Of a stretch of 64,000 nt of DNA, positions 36,770-47,738 are shown in pieces. A program made the translations under genes and the position numbers. The stretch is from a virus. Location of the stretch: positions 1 to 64,000 of IMG/VR virus record IMGVR_UViG_3300032516_000011. One strand, written 5' to 3'. Position 1 is the first letter of the stretch. Each line of letters begins with the position of its first letter. The notes under the pieces were generated by a model that did not search any database, was not told the origin of the DNA, and saw only the letters and a program-made list of their open reading frames with translations.

Positions 36770-37726
36770 ATGGCAGATTTACCAGTAAAAGGATCTATAG
36801 CAGCCGCATCATCGAAGGAATTTTTTCGAGATATTAATAGTTCTACTCTCGGTGGACAATATGTTGCTTTTAATATGGGACTTCCCCAACTCAGATTCCC
36901 GAGTGCAACAGATTTAGGACTTGTAGCTCCAGGCGCTTTAAGTATAAATAATCAGTATGATTTATTTCCTTTTAAAGATAATAGCCTAGCCCTTACTGAA
37001 ATTGAAGTTCCAACTACTATAATGATTCTTGATAAGAAGACCAGTAATATACAACTACAAACTAATAGGTTTATTTTGCAATCCATTTCAAAGCCCGAAC
37101 AAGAAAGATTTCAAATCATCGAAACATTTGGTGAACCCTCCGTATATTTCTATGATCAGCGCACACGTGTATATACCCTACAGGGGATGCTATTAGATTC
37201 TGAAGATCCAAAACAAATAGAAAATCAAGGAGGATCTTTGAGTGCGGACAAGGCCAAAGGAAAATATTATTGGGCAACGGCGTTTCAAGCTTTCTACGAT
37301 GATTATTTACGAGGAACTAAATTAAAAGATTCTAATAGTATCGCGGCCTTATTTGTAGACAATAATTTTATAAAAGGTTATCCTATACAGCTTGTACTGG
37401 GCAAATCTTCTGGAGATACTGCACATGTTGTGACGTTTCAAATGACTTGGGTTATTGAAAGTGAGACGTTGCTATCGCGCAGAAAAGCAGAGTGGTTATT
37501 TAAACAAGGCCGAGTTAATAAAGAAACAGTCGCCGCTATCAATGCTTATTTTGATGCACTTAACACATATAATCTTGCCTACGTTGATTGGAACCGGGAA
37601 GCCACACCGGTTGGAAGTGTCACCGCACTATCGACAAAAAAAGATGCTGCGGAGACAGCAGTTATACAGGCATTAAAAGCTGTTAAAGCGGCGCTTGATA
37701 AAGCTGCTGGACAGTCCAGCAAGTAA
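36770..37726 (+). CDS. Putative baseplate/tail structural protein
   Basis: FILQS...QERFQIIETFGE motif; position in the tail cluster. Confidence 0.55.
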   Translation: MADLPVKGSIAAASSKEFFRDINSSTLGGQYVAFNMGLPQLRFPSATDLGLVAPGALSINNQYDLFPFKDNSLALTEIEVPTTIMILDKKTSNIQLQTNRFILQSISKPEQERFQIIETFGEPSVYFYDQRTRVYTLQGMLLDSEDPKQIENQGGSLSADKAKGKYYWATAFQAFYDDYLRGTKLKDSNSIAALFVDNNFIKGYPIQLVLGKSSGDTAHVVTFQMTWVIESETLLSRRKAEWLFKQGRVNKETVAAINAYFDALNTYNLAYVDWNREATPVGSVTALSTKKDAAETAVIQALKAVKAALDKAAGQSSK

Positions 37727-37755
37727 TTGATTTTTGCCTATAAATTAACTATAAT
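37727..37755 (+). promoter_or_regulatory. Sigma-70 promoter of the second sigma gene
   Basis: TTGATT-N17-TATAAT; ATG 6 nt downstream. Confidence 0.75.
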
Positions 37756-37761
37756 AACATC

Positions 37762-38475
37762 ATGGATGAGAAATCACAAGAATTGGATTTGTGGAAAAAA
37801 TGGAAAAAAACCGGCGATAAAAGTTATATGAACTCGCTAATCGTTTCCTTGGATCCTTATCTTCAATCACATGTAAATAAATTTTCCCATGCCCCGATAC
37901 CAAGATCAGCTTTAGAAAGTCAAGCAAAGCTTTTGGCTCTAAAAGCATTGCAAACGTATGATCCAAAACGAGGTACACAGATTAATACACATCTCGGACA
38001 TGAATTAAAACATTTAAATCGCTACGTCATTGATTTTCAGAACGTCGGAAAAATACCTGAGAACAGGGGTATTGCTATATCCAAATTTCAAAATATTAAA
38101 TCTAATCTTACAGAAGATTTCAACCGAGAGCCAACAGTTATTGAATTGGCAGATACGCTTCAATGGTCCCCAGCTGAAGTGGAACGTATGCAGAATGAGC
38201 TGAGAAGTGATATTCTCATTGCCCAGGGAAAAGAAGAAGCGTTTTTTGATACTGCATATAATTTATCTGACCGTCCCAAAGATATAGTAGAATTTGTATA
38301 CTATCAATCATCTCCAGATGAGAAAAAAGTATTGGAATATACCTTTGGTTTAGGTGGAAACCCTAAACTTTCAGTAGTTGATATTGCAGCAAAATTAAAT
38401 AAGACACCCGCAGAAATACGTACAATGGCAAAACAACTGGCAAAAACTATAAACGACGCATCAGCCCAATATTAA
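37762..38475 (+). CDS. Divergent phage sigma factor (candidate late sigma)
   Basis: YDPKRGTQINTH (region 2), REPTVIELA (region 3), C-terminal HTH. Confidence 0.8.
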   Translation: MDEKSQELDLWKKWKKTGDKSYMNSLIVSLDPYLQSHVNKFSHAPIPRSALESQAKLLALKALQTYDPKRGTQINTHLGHELKHLNRYVIDFQNVGKIPENRGIAISKFQNIKSNLTEDFNREPTVIELADTLQWSPAEVERMQNELRSDILIAQGKEEAFFDTAYNLSDRPKDIVEFVYYQSSPDEKKVLEYTFGLGGNPKLSVVDIAAKLNKTPAEIRTMAKQLAKTINDASAQY

Positions 38476-38477
38476 AA

Positions 38478-40286
38478 ATGGATCCTTGTACTATAACTAA
38501 AGCTGCTCGAGAACAACAAAAGTTGTTAGGTGCGGACGTCACAAGTCTGGATCAGAAGCTAGATTTATTGGCTAAACAAGCTAATAAAAATATGGGTATG
38601 CTAGGTATGCCTCCAGCTATACGCACCCTACTAAATGATTTTACAGACGTAGTAAACTCTACAATGACTGGAGCCCTGTCCTCTATAACCGAAGCAATTG
38701 CCGCAAAGATAGGACAGGCGGTCCAAGTAACTGGAGCTTTGGTCGCACTTATTGCCATGGTTGCTTCCGCCGGTAATCAGGTACAACTGCTTTTGATATC
38801 ACAATTACGGCGAGAGTTGACAGTGCGTATTTTAATATATCAATTATTGTTATATCATTATAGGAACATACTCAAAACATTAAATTTATTAAAATCTCCT
38901 CAGAGTACAACCTATAAAAAACTTTTGGCGGCACTACCATATGTGCGTAGAGCAGAATCACGGCTATCTAGAATTGTGTTGGCGGAATCTGCTGGAGGAA
39001 TACCGGCACAAATTAGTTATAGAACATTACAAGCAGCTTTTATCAATCTAGAACAAGCCTCTAAAATTTTAAGTTTTGATGGTAGTCAAGGGGGTAAAGC
39101 GTTAGGACGTGCACTTAGCGACCCGTTAAATATATCTAAACAAAAATGGGATTATATTGCACAAACTATAGCCAAGGATGTGTTCTTTAAATCAATAGCA
39201 CAATCTTTGTCATATATAGAATATCTTACTTGGAACTATATGCGTATAGCAACGTTATTGCCTATACCTTTTGAAGCGGTAGATTCTATTTTTCAGCCTA
39301 ACAATTATACCGAACAATGGTTAAAAAATAATGGGGTTACAGATGTAAAAGTTCAACGCTTTAGTAGGACTGAAGAAGATGCCCTATTAGCAACCTACAG
39401 AGAAGGTCTAATACAACGAGAAAACGAAACATTTTTAAATACTACTGCTCAAGTAATTCTGGGAGTGGATTTATTAAAAGGAATTATTCCCACCAATATT
39501 GTAATAAATAGTTTGCTTGAGACTATAACAAATTTTCCTGATTTTAAATTGAATTTGGAAAAAGCAACATCGACGTTAATTACTACACTGATTCCTTTAT
39601 TAGATACAGTGACTGGTATACGTCAGGGTATGGAAGATTCTTTAAGTCAACAAGATAGTGACATAGTATTGGCTGGAAAAGAAGGTATTTGGTTAACCAA
39701 ATTAAACACAATTATATTATTAAAAGATGGTATACTGCCGATTTTTGAGGGTCAATTTCGAATGTTACAAGATCAACAAACCATTGATGCTCTTATTACT
39801 TATATTGACGAACATGCCGGAGAATTTGTAATTGCAGATAGAATACCAAAAATAATTGTACAGAGCTTGCAGATATTGCGAGCGCCTTTTAGTGCACGTA
39901 GTTTAGAAGAATCTATAATATACACTACGGCTATAATCAAACAACTAGATCGTGGAATGCGTATTGATCGTTCGCTACTGCACAAGACGATGCTTATATC
40001 GGAACCTTTACAACAATTTTCACAGCTATTAAAAGTTGCCTCAAAATTACCTCCGCCGATATCAAGCATAGCTAATGCCTTATCTACTGGACAAGCGCAG
40101 GCTGTACTGGGATTTATTGCGGGAATAACTTTAGGTACAATAGATAGTATTAAAGAACTATTTGATCCATCATGTCCAGAAGTTACTACTACAGAAGATG
40201 TGTCCATCAATACCAATGACAAATTAAATGATACCCAAGATGAATATTTTGGCATCGGCGGGGGAGAGACTACGGCTATAAAATGA
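38478..40286 (+). CDS. Hypothetical helical protein in baseplate cluster
   Basis: 602-aa ORF; positional inference only. Confidence 0.55.
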   Translation: MDPCTITKAAREQQKLLGADVTSLDQKLDLLAKQANKNMGMLGMPPAIRTLLNDFTDVVNSTMTGALSSITEAIAAKIGQAVQVTGALVALIAMVASAGNQVQLLLISQLRRELTVRILIYQLLLYHYRNILKTLNLLKSPQSTTYKKLLAALPYVRRAESRLSRIVLAESAGGIPAQISYRTLQAAFINLEQASKILSFDGSQGGKALGRALSDPLNISKQKWDYIAQTIAKDVFFKSIAQSLSYIEYLTWNYMRIATLLPIPFEAVDSIFQPNNYTEQWLKNNGVTDVKVQRFSRTEEDALLATYREGLIQRENETFLNTTAQVILGVDLLKGIIPTNIVINSLLETITNFPDFKLNLEKATSTLITTLIPLLDTVTGIRQGMEDSLSQQDSDIVLAGKEGIWLTKLNTIILLKDGILPIFEGQFRMLQDQQTIDALITYIDEHAGEFVIADRIPKIIVQSLQILRAPFSARSLEESIIYTTAIIKQLDRGMRIDRSLLHKTMLISEPLQQFSQLLKVASKLPPPISSIANALSTGQAQAVLGFIAGITLGTIDSIKELFDPSCPEVTTTEDVSINTNDKLNDTQDEYFGIGGGETTAIK

Positions 40287-40720
40287 GAACTTTACAAGTA
40301 TATGAACCTGATAGTATAACCGGTGTTTTGGTGATGCGCTTCCCAAAAAACAGACCTTCATCAGTAACTGGTGTCCAAACCTTGTTGCAAAACATTGTCC
40401 TTTATTTAAGGACAAAGCCTGGATCAGATGCCTTTTCTACTGATCGCGGATCTATTTTAGGAGATAGTCGTGCTTTATCCAAGGTTCTAAATAACCAAAC
40501 ACAGCTAAAGGTATTGATATCTGACTCAATCCAACGCTGTCAATCTTATATTATTGATCAACAAACAAAACAACGAGAACGTGGACAAATATTAGCTCCA
40601 GATGAAACACTTAATAAACTTGAGATAAATAATATTTATCAAGGGGCAGATATCACTTCCATATTTGTAGAAATTTTAGTATATACAGATGGTAACAAAC
40701 AATATTTCCTAACGGTGTAA
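40283..40720 (+). CDS. gp25-like baseplate wedge protein
   Basis: G.Q.L.Q....L.T.PGSD....RG motif; precedes baseplate J. Confidence 0.72.
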   Translation: MRTLQVYEPDSITGVLVMRFPKNRPSSVTGVQTLLQNIVLYLRTKPGSDAFSTDRGSILGDSRALSKVLNNQTQLKVLISDSIQRCQSYIIDQQTKQRERGQILAPDETLNKLEINNIYQGADITSIFVEILVYTDGNKQYFLTV

Positions 40721-40721
40721 A

Positions 40722-43694
40722 ATGAATATAAAAGAATATATTATTGATAGACTTAATTCCTACGATCCCACTTTAGATACCAGCGATAATTCGGCGCTTG
40801 TGGATTTATTAGTTAATCCAGGTTCTGCAATGCTGGATCCGGTTATTTCCCAACTAAACTATTTATTAGACAATCTAGGACTAACAAGTCCAGATAATAT
40901 AAGTGATAGTGAATTAGATGCTATAGCTAAAAATTTTCTAAAGGCCAGGAAGTTGGGAGCTCAAGCTGTTGGTACTGTAGAATTATTTTATAATAATCCT
41001 ATTGATTTAGATATACCGGCGGGAACAACCTTTACTAGTTCTACTGGAACTGTGTTCGTCACCAAACAAGCAATACATATACCGCTATCTGCTATGGCAG
41101 GAAATACATGGAACTTTCCAAGATACTCAACAGGAAATATTCCGGTTGTTGCTCAAGAATTTGGTCTTATAAGTTCTATTGCCCCAAACAATATAAAAAC
41201 TACAAATTTAGTTCCTGCCCCAGCATTAGTTACCAATCCCTCAGCATTTACTGGTGGGGTAGACCAAGAAAATAATGTTAATTTTATTTCCAGAATCATT
41301 GAAGAGGTTCTTACCGCAGCATTAGGAAGTGCAGCAAGTATAAAAACTAATCTTAGTCCAGCTTATCCATCCATTAAAGAAATTAAAACACGTGGAATGA
41401 ATGATTTGGAGATGCTTAGAGATCTGGTATACTCTGGAATACAGGTTTATTTAAATTATTATGTCGTCGATTTTTACGGTAAATTTTCAGGCATCGGCGA
41501 TCTTCCATTTCCACAAAGTATAGCTTATTGGAATGTATTTTTTGATGATCCTACAACTACAGGATTAATTCCAGACTTACCACCCGTGGCCGAATTTTTT
41601 GATGAGTTTACTACAACTCAGTATGGTGGAATTTATAAGTTAAATGATGCCCTTAAAACTACGATACAAACCCTTACAATATTAAAAGACGATTTTCAAG
41701 CAACCACGCTTGATTCGGCATGGGATCTATCTGATGCGATGACTGGTAACGGGGGACTCAAGGATCCAGATGAAATTGCGTTAACAACAATTAGTGGTTC
41801 TCAGATGCTTCGTGTCGGTCACCAACTTTCTATTAGCGAAGCTGACCAATTTAACATTGTATCTATTACACAACAACAGTTATACAATGCTTTGAATAGG
41901 TTAATGAGTGTTGATGTGTTAGGACAAGATATTGTACAAAACTGGTTAGCAAAGTTTGGTATTACGGGTAAATGGCAGATCCTTTCCTATGTACATTTAT
42001 TACAAGTCTTGGCTGCCAACCCAGTAAATGAAAGTACAGTTACTGCTCAAGAACGTATACTATGGGAGTTAATATTAGATTTAGCAAATGCTGGTCGTAT
42101 TGAAGTCTCCCATAATTTTTATCCAGTTGTTAAACGTTGGCTCGCTAAACACCACGGTATCACAGTGACTGGACGATTTATGACCGATGATACGATTACC
42201 ACCGACAGCACATTATCTTATGTTACAGTTTTACGTGATGAAACTTCTATAGATCCAACCAATGGGTATGGTTTTGCATGGATGATTAATGATGCTGCCA
42301 ATAGTATCTTCAATGTTTACCTGGTCGATAATAGTCCTATGGCTAATGATTTATTTGTGAGCCCAACATTCATTGTTCAGCCTCAGGGCGAAAACCCATT
42401 TAAAGCCGCGGCACAAATAGATATAAAGGCGAATAAGCTATATAGATATAAATTGGTTATAGGTACCGATTACGCCATGTCATTGAAGATATGGCTGGAC
42501 GGTGCGGCGGAACCAGGATCTCCACAACTTACAGCAGGAGCTCCTCTTAATGTTTCTGCCACTGGTACACACATAGGTTTCGGTGTGATGGGAACCCATA
42601 ATGCGCGTTGGTTTTATGATGATCTGTTAGTAGAAAATAGTGCGGGCGTACATACTGCGGCACTATATAGGTTGAAAGCAGACCCCGCGTTATTTCCAAA
42701 CGGAACTTATTCTAGAGTTAATCATTATGGGTATGGATATGATTCTGCGACCTACGGTTTAAGCGCATTTATTAAATCATTCAATGGAAGTGCTTGGATA
42801 TGGACACTTATTGGTACTAATACAAGTACAAATGTAAGTGATAAAACTAGTACCAAAGTATTATATGAATTTACCATGGGTAGTACGTATAGAGATACTG
42901 ACAATTTTATCGATGTTTTAGTAACGTCTACGACCGCACAACAAACTATTACAGAAGTAAGTTCGTACTATGTAAGTTTAGAAACAGGTATTCCATCAGG
43001 CGTTCATACGGGTGGATGTGCAGATATTTATATAAACGATCCTGCTTCGATATTAGTAGCTGAACAAACTGTGAATAATGTGACGGGCAATTTATCGCTC
43101 GATGTGTCCAATGGATTTGTGGGGCCATTACACAGCATAGTAGATGTACAAACAGCGTTGGTAGGTGATTCTTTAATACAGAATGAAGACTGGACATTGA
43201 TCACAACTAATCCAGCTACAGCATTTTCTACTTTAGAATTTCCATATCTTGCATTTACCCCAAGCTTAATTAATACTAAGGTAAAGGTTATATACAGATA
43301 TTATGCCTATGGCGCAGATGTCCAAACAAGAATAACTTCTGATGACTATCGTTATTCAGGAACAAGTAACCTGGCAAAAATAATGCCTCCAGTTATAGTA
43401 CGTATAAACAGTTTAAATTATCGTGGACCTATTTCAGTGGCCCAAGTACAAACTGCTATATCAAACTATGTTAATAATAGTAGTACAAGAATTACGCGCG
43501 ATGAGGTTGTAACCGCAGTATATTCGGCAGGGATAACTTTCGTGGATCTTGCCACATTGGATATTGAGACTATCACGACTAACTATAAACGGATAACCTC
43601 CGATCCTGCACAACTTGTTGGTGAATATATTAAACCAGATTTAGCTGGCTTTTTTACGGATACATATGATATGAATGGAGTTATTAAGTTATAA
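40722..43694 (+). CDS. Baseplate J-like wedge protein with central insertion
   Basis: R..G..A.G.V, IPAGT.F, VTNPSAFTGG.D.E, C-terminal HTGG..DIY. Confidence 0.82.
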   Translation: MNIKEYIIDRLNSYDPTLDTSDNSALVDLLVNPGSAMLDPVISQLNYLLDNLGLTSPDNISDSELDAIAKNFLKARKLGAQAVGTVELFYNNPIDLDIPAGTTFTSSTGTVFVTKQAIHIPLSAMAGNTWNFPRYSTGNIPVVAQEFGLISSIAPNNIKTTNLVPAPALVTNPSAFTGGVDQENNVNFISRIIEEVLTAALGSAASIKTNLSPAYPSIKEIKTRGMNDLEMLRDLVYSGIQVYLNYYVVDFYGKFSGIGDLPFPQSIAYWNVFFDDPTTTGLIPDLPPVAEFFDEFTTTQYGGIYKLNDALKTTIQTLTILKDDFQATTLDSAWDLSDAMTGNGGLKDPDEIALTTISGSQMLRVGHQLSISEADQFNIVSITQQQLYNALNRLMSVDVLGQDIVQNWLAKFGITGKWQILSYVHLLQVLAANPVNESTVTAQERILWELILDLANAGRIEVSHNFYPVVKRWLAKHHGITVTGRFMTDDTITTDSTLSYVTVLRDETSIDPTNGYGFAWMINDAANSIFNVYLVDNSPMANDLFVSPTFIVQPQGENPFKAAAQIDIKANKLYRYKLVIGTDYAMSLKIWLDGAAEPGSPQLTAGAPLNVSATGTHIGFGVMGTHNARWFYDDLLVENSAGVHTAALYRLKADPALFPNGTYSRVNHYGYGYDSATYGLSAFIKSFNGSAWIWTLIGTNTSTNVSDKTSTKVLYEFTMGSTYRDTDNFIDVLVTSTTAQQTITEVSSYYVSLETGIPSGVHTGGCADIYINDPASILVAEQTVNNVTGNLSLDVSNGFVGPLHSIVDVQTALVGDSLIQNEDWTLITTNPATAFSTLEFPYLAFTPSLINTKVKVIYRYYAYGADVQTRITSDDYRYSGTSNLAKIMPPVIVRINSLNYRGPISVAQVQTAISNYVNNSSTRITRDEVVTAVYSAGITFVDLATLDIETITTNYKRITSDPAQLVGEYIKPDLAGFFTDTYDMNGVIKL

Positions 43695-45184
43695 TGATCC
43701 CGCAAATTACAAGACTTTGGGATTATGTTGGAACAGCCTGGGATAGTTTTGAGAACAAAGATGTAATAGAAACATTTTGGCTTGCTCTCCTAAGTGGTCA
43801 TCAACATATAATGGAATACACTGGAAATGTACAATTCAGTCGTACAATAGACATGATGTATCCTACATATGACTATGGCCCAGAAAATTATATGATTGTG
43901 TATTCGGGAGCAATAGAGGATCTAACTGTGGGACCTATAAAAACTACTGTGGAGCAGGTGCTTAATGGTGGTTTTGAAATTAGTACTTCTGGTTGGTCTT
44001 ATAACGCTGCTGCATCTCCGTTCTCAAGATCTAATACAGTAGTACATGGTGGATCGTGGGCTTTAAAGATACCAGGTACACAGAGAAGTAATGATGCAAC
44101 TTATGTATTTGGTGGAACTCAGCGCGGATCTTCTACATTAACGGCGTGGGTATATATAGCATCTGGTTATCTGAGTACGGATTTTGGTTCAGTAGGCATG
44201 GCGGTTCAAGGACCTATTAAAAAATCTTTTCCAAAAGGAACAAAGGAAACTCCACTAGCTACAGATTTTTGGTATACCGCCACTATGGCGAGCGTACTTG
44301 CAAACCTGAGTATTCCTGGATGGCAAAAATTAACCATGCATATTCAAGCGGGTAATATTACACAAATACAAATAGTTAATACTACCAACAAAGATATTTA
44401 TTTAGATGACGTATCATTTAAAACGTTGGCTTTATTTGAATACCCACTTCCTGATTTTACATATTCGGTGCCAACATTAACCTATAAATATACTTATAAT
44501 GGAGTAGTTTATAGTGGGATTTATACACAAGACGTTGATTATGTTATGTCTGCCGAATTAAATTCTTTGGCATGGGTAGGTAGTGGAATAGTTCCAGACC
44601 AACGTTTTACTAATAAAGGTGTATTGATGTCCACGGCCGACCATGTGTATCGAATTAATCCGGTACTTGGGCATGTATGGGCTAAACAATGTGGGTTTAA
44701 TATACCATCCATGTATTCACAATACCGGGCCTATGGACAAGATAAATATACGCATTTAAAACAATTTATTTGGTCACTTGATTATTATCAAAATCAAGCA
44801 CCCAATATCACCACATTAAAAAATGCTTATGGCGTCGCTAGAGGATTGCCCTTTGCATATGAATCTGGGTTAATGAGCTATTCTCTTATTAGCGGTCTCT
44901 ATACCACCTCAATCGGTGGATACTCACATATTTTTCCTTCTGGAGTAATGCCACTGGCTTCGGGATACTACAATAAATTTTCTGTACTTGTCAGTGGATT
45001 AGATTTATATGATTATACCACGAACCCAGCATTAATTGATAGCTATACAAATGTATATACACGTAGATCAACGCTAGTTTACAAAGTTAGCCCCACTTTA
45101 TCGGGGATATCCTTTTCACAGGATTTTCTGGATTCTTATACGGCAAAGATAATGCCAGAACAAATACAATATTTAATAAAATAA
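43694..45184 (+). CDS. Baseplate protein with carbohydrate-binding-module-like insert
   Basis: NGGFE...GW...HGGSWALK...IYLDDVSF CBM-like pattern; GLPF motif. Confidence 0.6.
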   Translation: MIPQITRLWDYVGTAWDSFENKDVIETFWLALLSGHQHIMEYTGNVQFSRTIDMMYPTYDYGPENYMIVYSGAIEDLTVGPIKTTVEQVLNGGFEISTSGWSYNAAASPFSRSNTVVHGGSWALKIPGTQRSNDATYVFGGTQRGSSTLTAWVYIASGYLSTDFGSVGMAVQGPIKKSFPKGTKETPLATDFWYTATMASVLANLSIPGWQKLTMHIQAGNITQIQIVNTTNKDIYLDDVSFKTLALFEYPLPDFTYSVPTLTYKYTYNGVVYSGIYTQDVDYVMSAELNSLAWVGSGIVPDQRFTNKGVLMSTADHVYRINPVLGHVWAKQCGFNIPSMYSQYRAYGQDKYTHLKQFIWSLDYYQNQAPNITTLKNAYGVARGLPFAYESGLMSYSLISGLYTTSIGGYSHIFPSGVMPLASGYYNKFSVLVSGLDLYDYTTNPALIDSYTNVYTRRSTLVYKVSPTLSGISFSQDFLDSYTAKIMPEQIQYLIK

Positions 45185-45194
45185 TGGATAAATC

Positions 45195-47735
45195 ATGGAA
45201 CGAGTAATAGTAAATGAAGGTACAAAAGTTGATCTGTTCAATCTGTTCGAAGATTTACAGAACTATACAGCAAGCAACTTTAATAGACTAGTCGGTCTTT
45301 TTATAGAGAGCTACGGTATTAATGCTAGTACGTTGGAGAATGGGCAAATATACCCATCTGATAACTCTCTACAAGTTACCGCATCAGCGGGCACATTTGT
45401 AAATGTGGCGGTTGGAGAGGCTATTACTTCGGGATTACATTATATAGGAATCACTACTCCTACAACAGTATCGCTTGTAGGCTTAGGTATTGGTATACAT
45501 ACATTGTATATGCGGCATCAATATACATATGGCAATCCTGTTAATGTAATGAGTGGTTTCGCAATCGGTCTTGTCGGAGGATCACAGAAAAATTCTCGTA
45601 CACACGATTCTTATGCGTTTGTTTGGGATACAAGTCCCGCAGTTAGTGGAGTTATATTAGCACAAGTAAATGTTTTAGATGGTGCATATAACCACACCGT
45701 CACGGCAGATTATCGTTGGACTAATGTATTTAAACTTGCCGCTAACGCTATGCCAGGATGGGATATAGTTAGAAAAAATTATCCGGGTGTACAAACAATG
45801 GCGTCCGGTATTCAAGCTGCATCCTATATGGTCAAGAGTACCTTAACTCCTAGCAATTCTTTTTTTCTGACTACAGGTAGCGGAATTAATACTTTAACAG
45901 GGTCAGAGGCCACCTCATTAAAAGCTTTAAGTCATATCCAAAATACAGATACATATACTACAGCGTCTGGTTTTTGGGTAGGCGGCGGTCCAGGTGTAGG
46001 GGCACTTGTTCTAACTGTGGCTGATGATCCTATGATGCCATTAAATCTTCGTATAACAGATATATCTCCTGTTACGTTAAGTAACTATCGACAACCCGGA
46101 TACGAAACAAAGCTTGCATTACCAGTTGCTCAAGGGATAATTTCCCATGACGCTGCATTCACGATCAGATGGAACTGGGATAATGTATTGATTAATAGTT
46201 TTGATGGTACTAATATTATGACAGTTGTATTAAATCCTGGTCCTATTCATAGTGTAGTTGTTAATGCATTAATAGGATATCATTTTTGGCACCCTGCAAA
46301 CTTTGATTATGTAGTAACGGCTAATACGGCAAGTGTATTACAGGTTGCGGGATCCAATATATACACCACACAATTAACGGTACAACCATACAAGCATACT
46401 ACTAATATAAACACATTAGGACTTTTATTTTCTGGATCCCCCACAGCGGGATGTATACATAGTAACGCTATTCATTATGAAATAAATACACAAGTTTTTG
46501 CAGTACATCAAATGACTGTGCGAGAAGAACGCTATGAAAGTACTATAGTTGGAATAGATATTCCAGATAGTTTAATAACTAAAGAAAATTACTACTTAGG
46601 AGAATCAATAGGAATAAATATACGTGCACGAACTATGAATAAAGTGTCTGGATGGCAAACTTTGCTTGGGGGCTCGTTCACAAAACCTTCGCCATGGAAA
46701 TCTCCGGTGTACTATGAATTTCCAACGCTTGTACAAATCCCGGATATCTCTTCAGTTGGGGCCTCGGTCTCTGCTTCAGCAACTACGGCTGGATTCGTAG
46801 TGAATATAAATGGATGGACTTTAGCCACTGCGTTTGAATTGGTGTGGTCTACTGATGCTAATAGTACGGATTTTACTAATACAAGAGCTTTCCGCACGGT
46901 AAGTTCTTCTAGAACAATAGATATTAGTACCACTGATTCAGCAAAATATTATATAAAAGTTCGACCACTCATTTCTGGACAGGCGGTTGCTGATCCTTTA
47001 TCGGTAAATGTCACATCAGGGGCTGGAGGAATGGGAGTTATAATATATTCATTTGGCCCAGTACGTTCACATTTAAGAAGCTATTCCGGAACCCTTGGAG
47101 GATTGGCTACCGGAAGTTATGGATATTCTTGGACCGTTTCTGGCCTGGCAAGTCCCGCTGGAACTTCCTATTCTGGAGTGCTTAGTGATTTTCCAACTAT
47201 AGAGGGGGAAATTTTAACAGTAGGCAATAATGATTATACAATAGATTATATGATCCCAGACTGGCCGGGCAATGGACCTGCTGCTAATTCTCTTGTATTA
47301 TTAGATTCCACAGGTGCCCAAGTATCGACTGGGCTGGCTGGACAAGCTTTTACAATAGGTGTATCAAAATTTGCACGAGAACTAATAACATGGACAGGCC
47401 CAGACTTTGACTTTACAATAACACAAATTGAGGTTTCTCAATATGGCAGACCCGGATATAGTTTATATCCTGTAGCTCCCGTTGTACGAGTATATCCTCT
47501 AGCAATGGAATCGGATGCGGATTCGGTTATATGTAGCACAAGTGGACAAATTAAATATACACAGCCTGCAGACATTTTTATAACTCAAATTAATGGAAAT
47601 CGTATAGTACGTATTGATGCTTATGACCCTAGTGGAGTAGCGGGTGCAAATAAAATGGGCTTAGTCGCCGATATCACATTAACTTATATGAAAGCTGTAA
47701 CACATACAAATATTACTAAAGATTTTGTAAGCTAA
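45195..47735 (+). CDS. Virion structural protein (FN3/beta-sandwich rich)
   Basis: 846 aa; YYIKVRP FN3-like segment; Ser/Thr/Gly-rich. Confidence 0.6.
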   Translation: MERVIVNEGTKVDLFNLFEDLQNYTASNFNRLVGLFIESYGINASTLENGQIYPSDNSLQVTASAGTFVNVAVGEAITSGLHYIGITTPTTVSLVGLGIGIHTLYMRHQYTYGNPVNVMSGFAIGLVGGSQKNSRTHDSYAFVWDTSPAVSGVILAQVNVLDGAYNHTVTADYRWTNVFKLAANAMPGWDIVRKNYPGVQTMASGIQAASYMVKSTLTPSNSFFLTTGSGINTLTGSEATSLKALSHIQNTDTYTTASGFWVGGGPGVGALVLTVADDPMMPLNLRITDISPVTLSNYRQPGYETKLALPVAQGIISHDAAFTIRWNWDNVLINSFDGTNIMTVVLNPGPIHSVVVNALIGYHFWHPANFDYVVTANTASVLQVAGSNIYTTQLTVQPYKHTTNINTLGLLFSGSPTAGCIHSNAIHYEINTQVFAVHQMTVREERYESTIVGIDIPDSLITKENYYLGESIGINIRARTMNKVSGWQTLLGGSFTKPSPWKSPVYYEFPTLVQIPDISSVGASVSASATTAGFVVNINGWTLATAFELVWSTDANSTDFTNTRAFRTVSSSRTIDISTTDSAKYYIKVRPLISGQAVADPLSVNVTSGAGGMGVIIYSFGPVRSHLRSYSGTLGGLATGSYGYSWTVSGLASPAGTSYSGVLSDFPTIEGEILTVGNNDYTIDYMIPDWPGNGPAANSLVLLDSTGAQVSTGLAGQAFTIGVSKFARELITWTGPDFDFTITQIEVSQYGRPGYSLYPVAPVVRVYPLAMESDADSVICSTSGQIKYTQPADIFITQINGNRIVRIDAYDPSGVAGANKMGLVADITLTYMKAVTHTNITKDFVS

Positions 47736-47738
47736 TTT

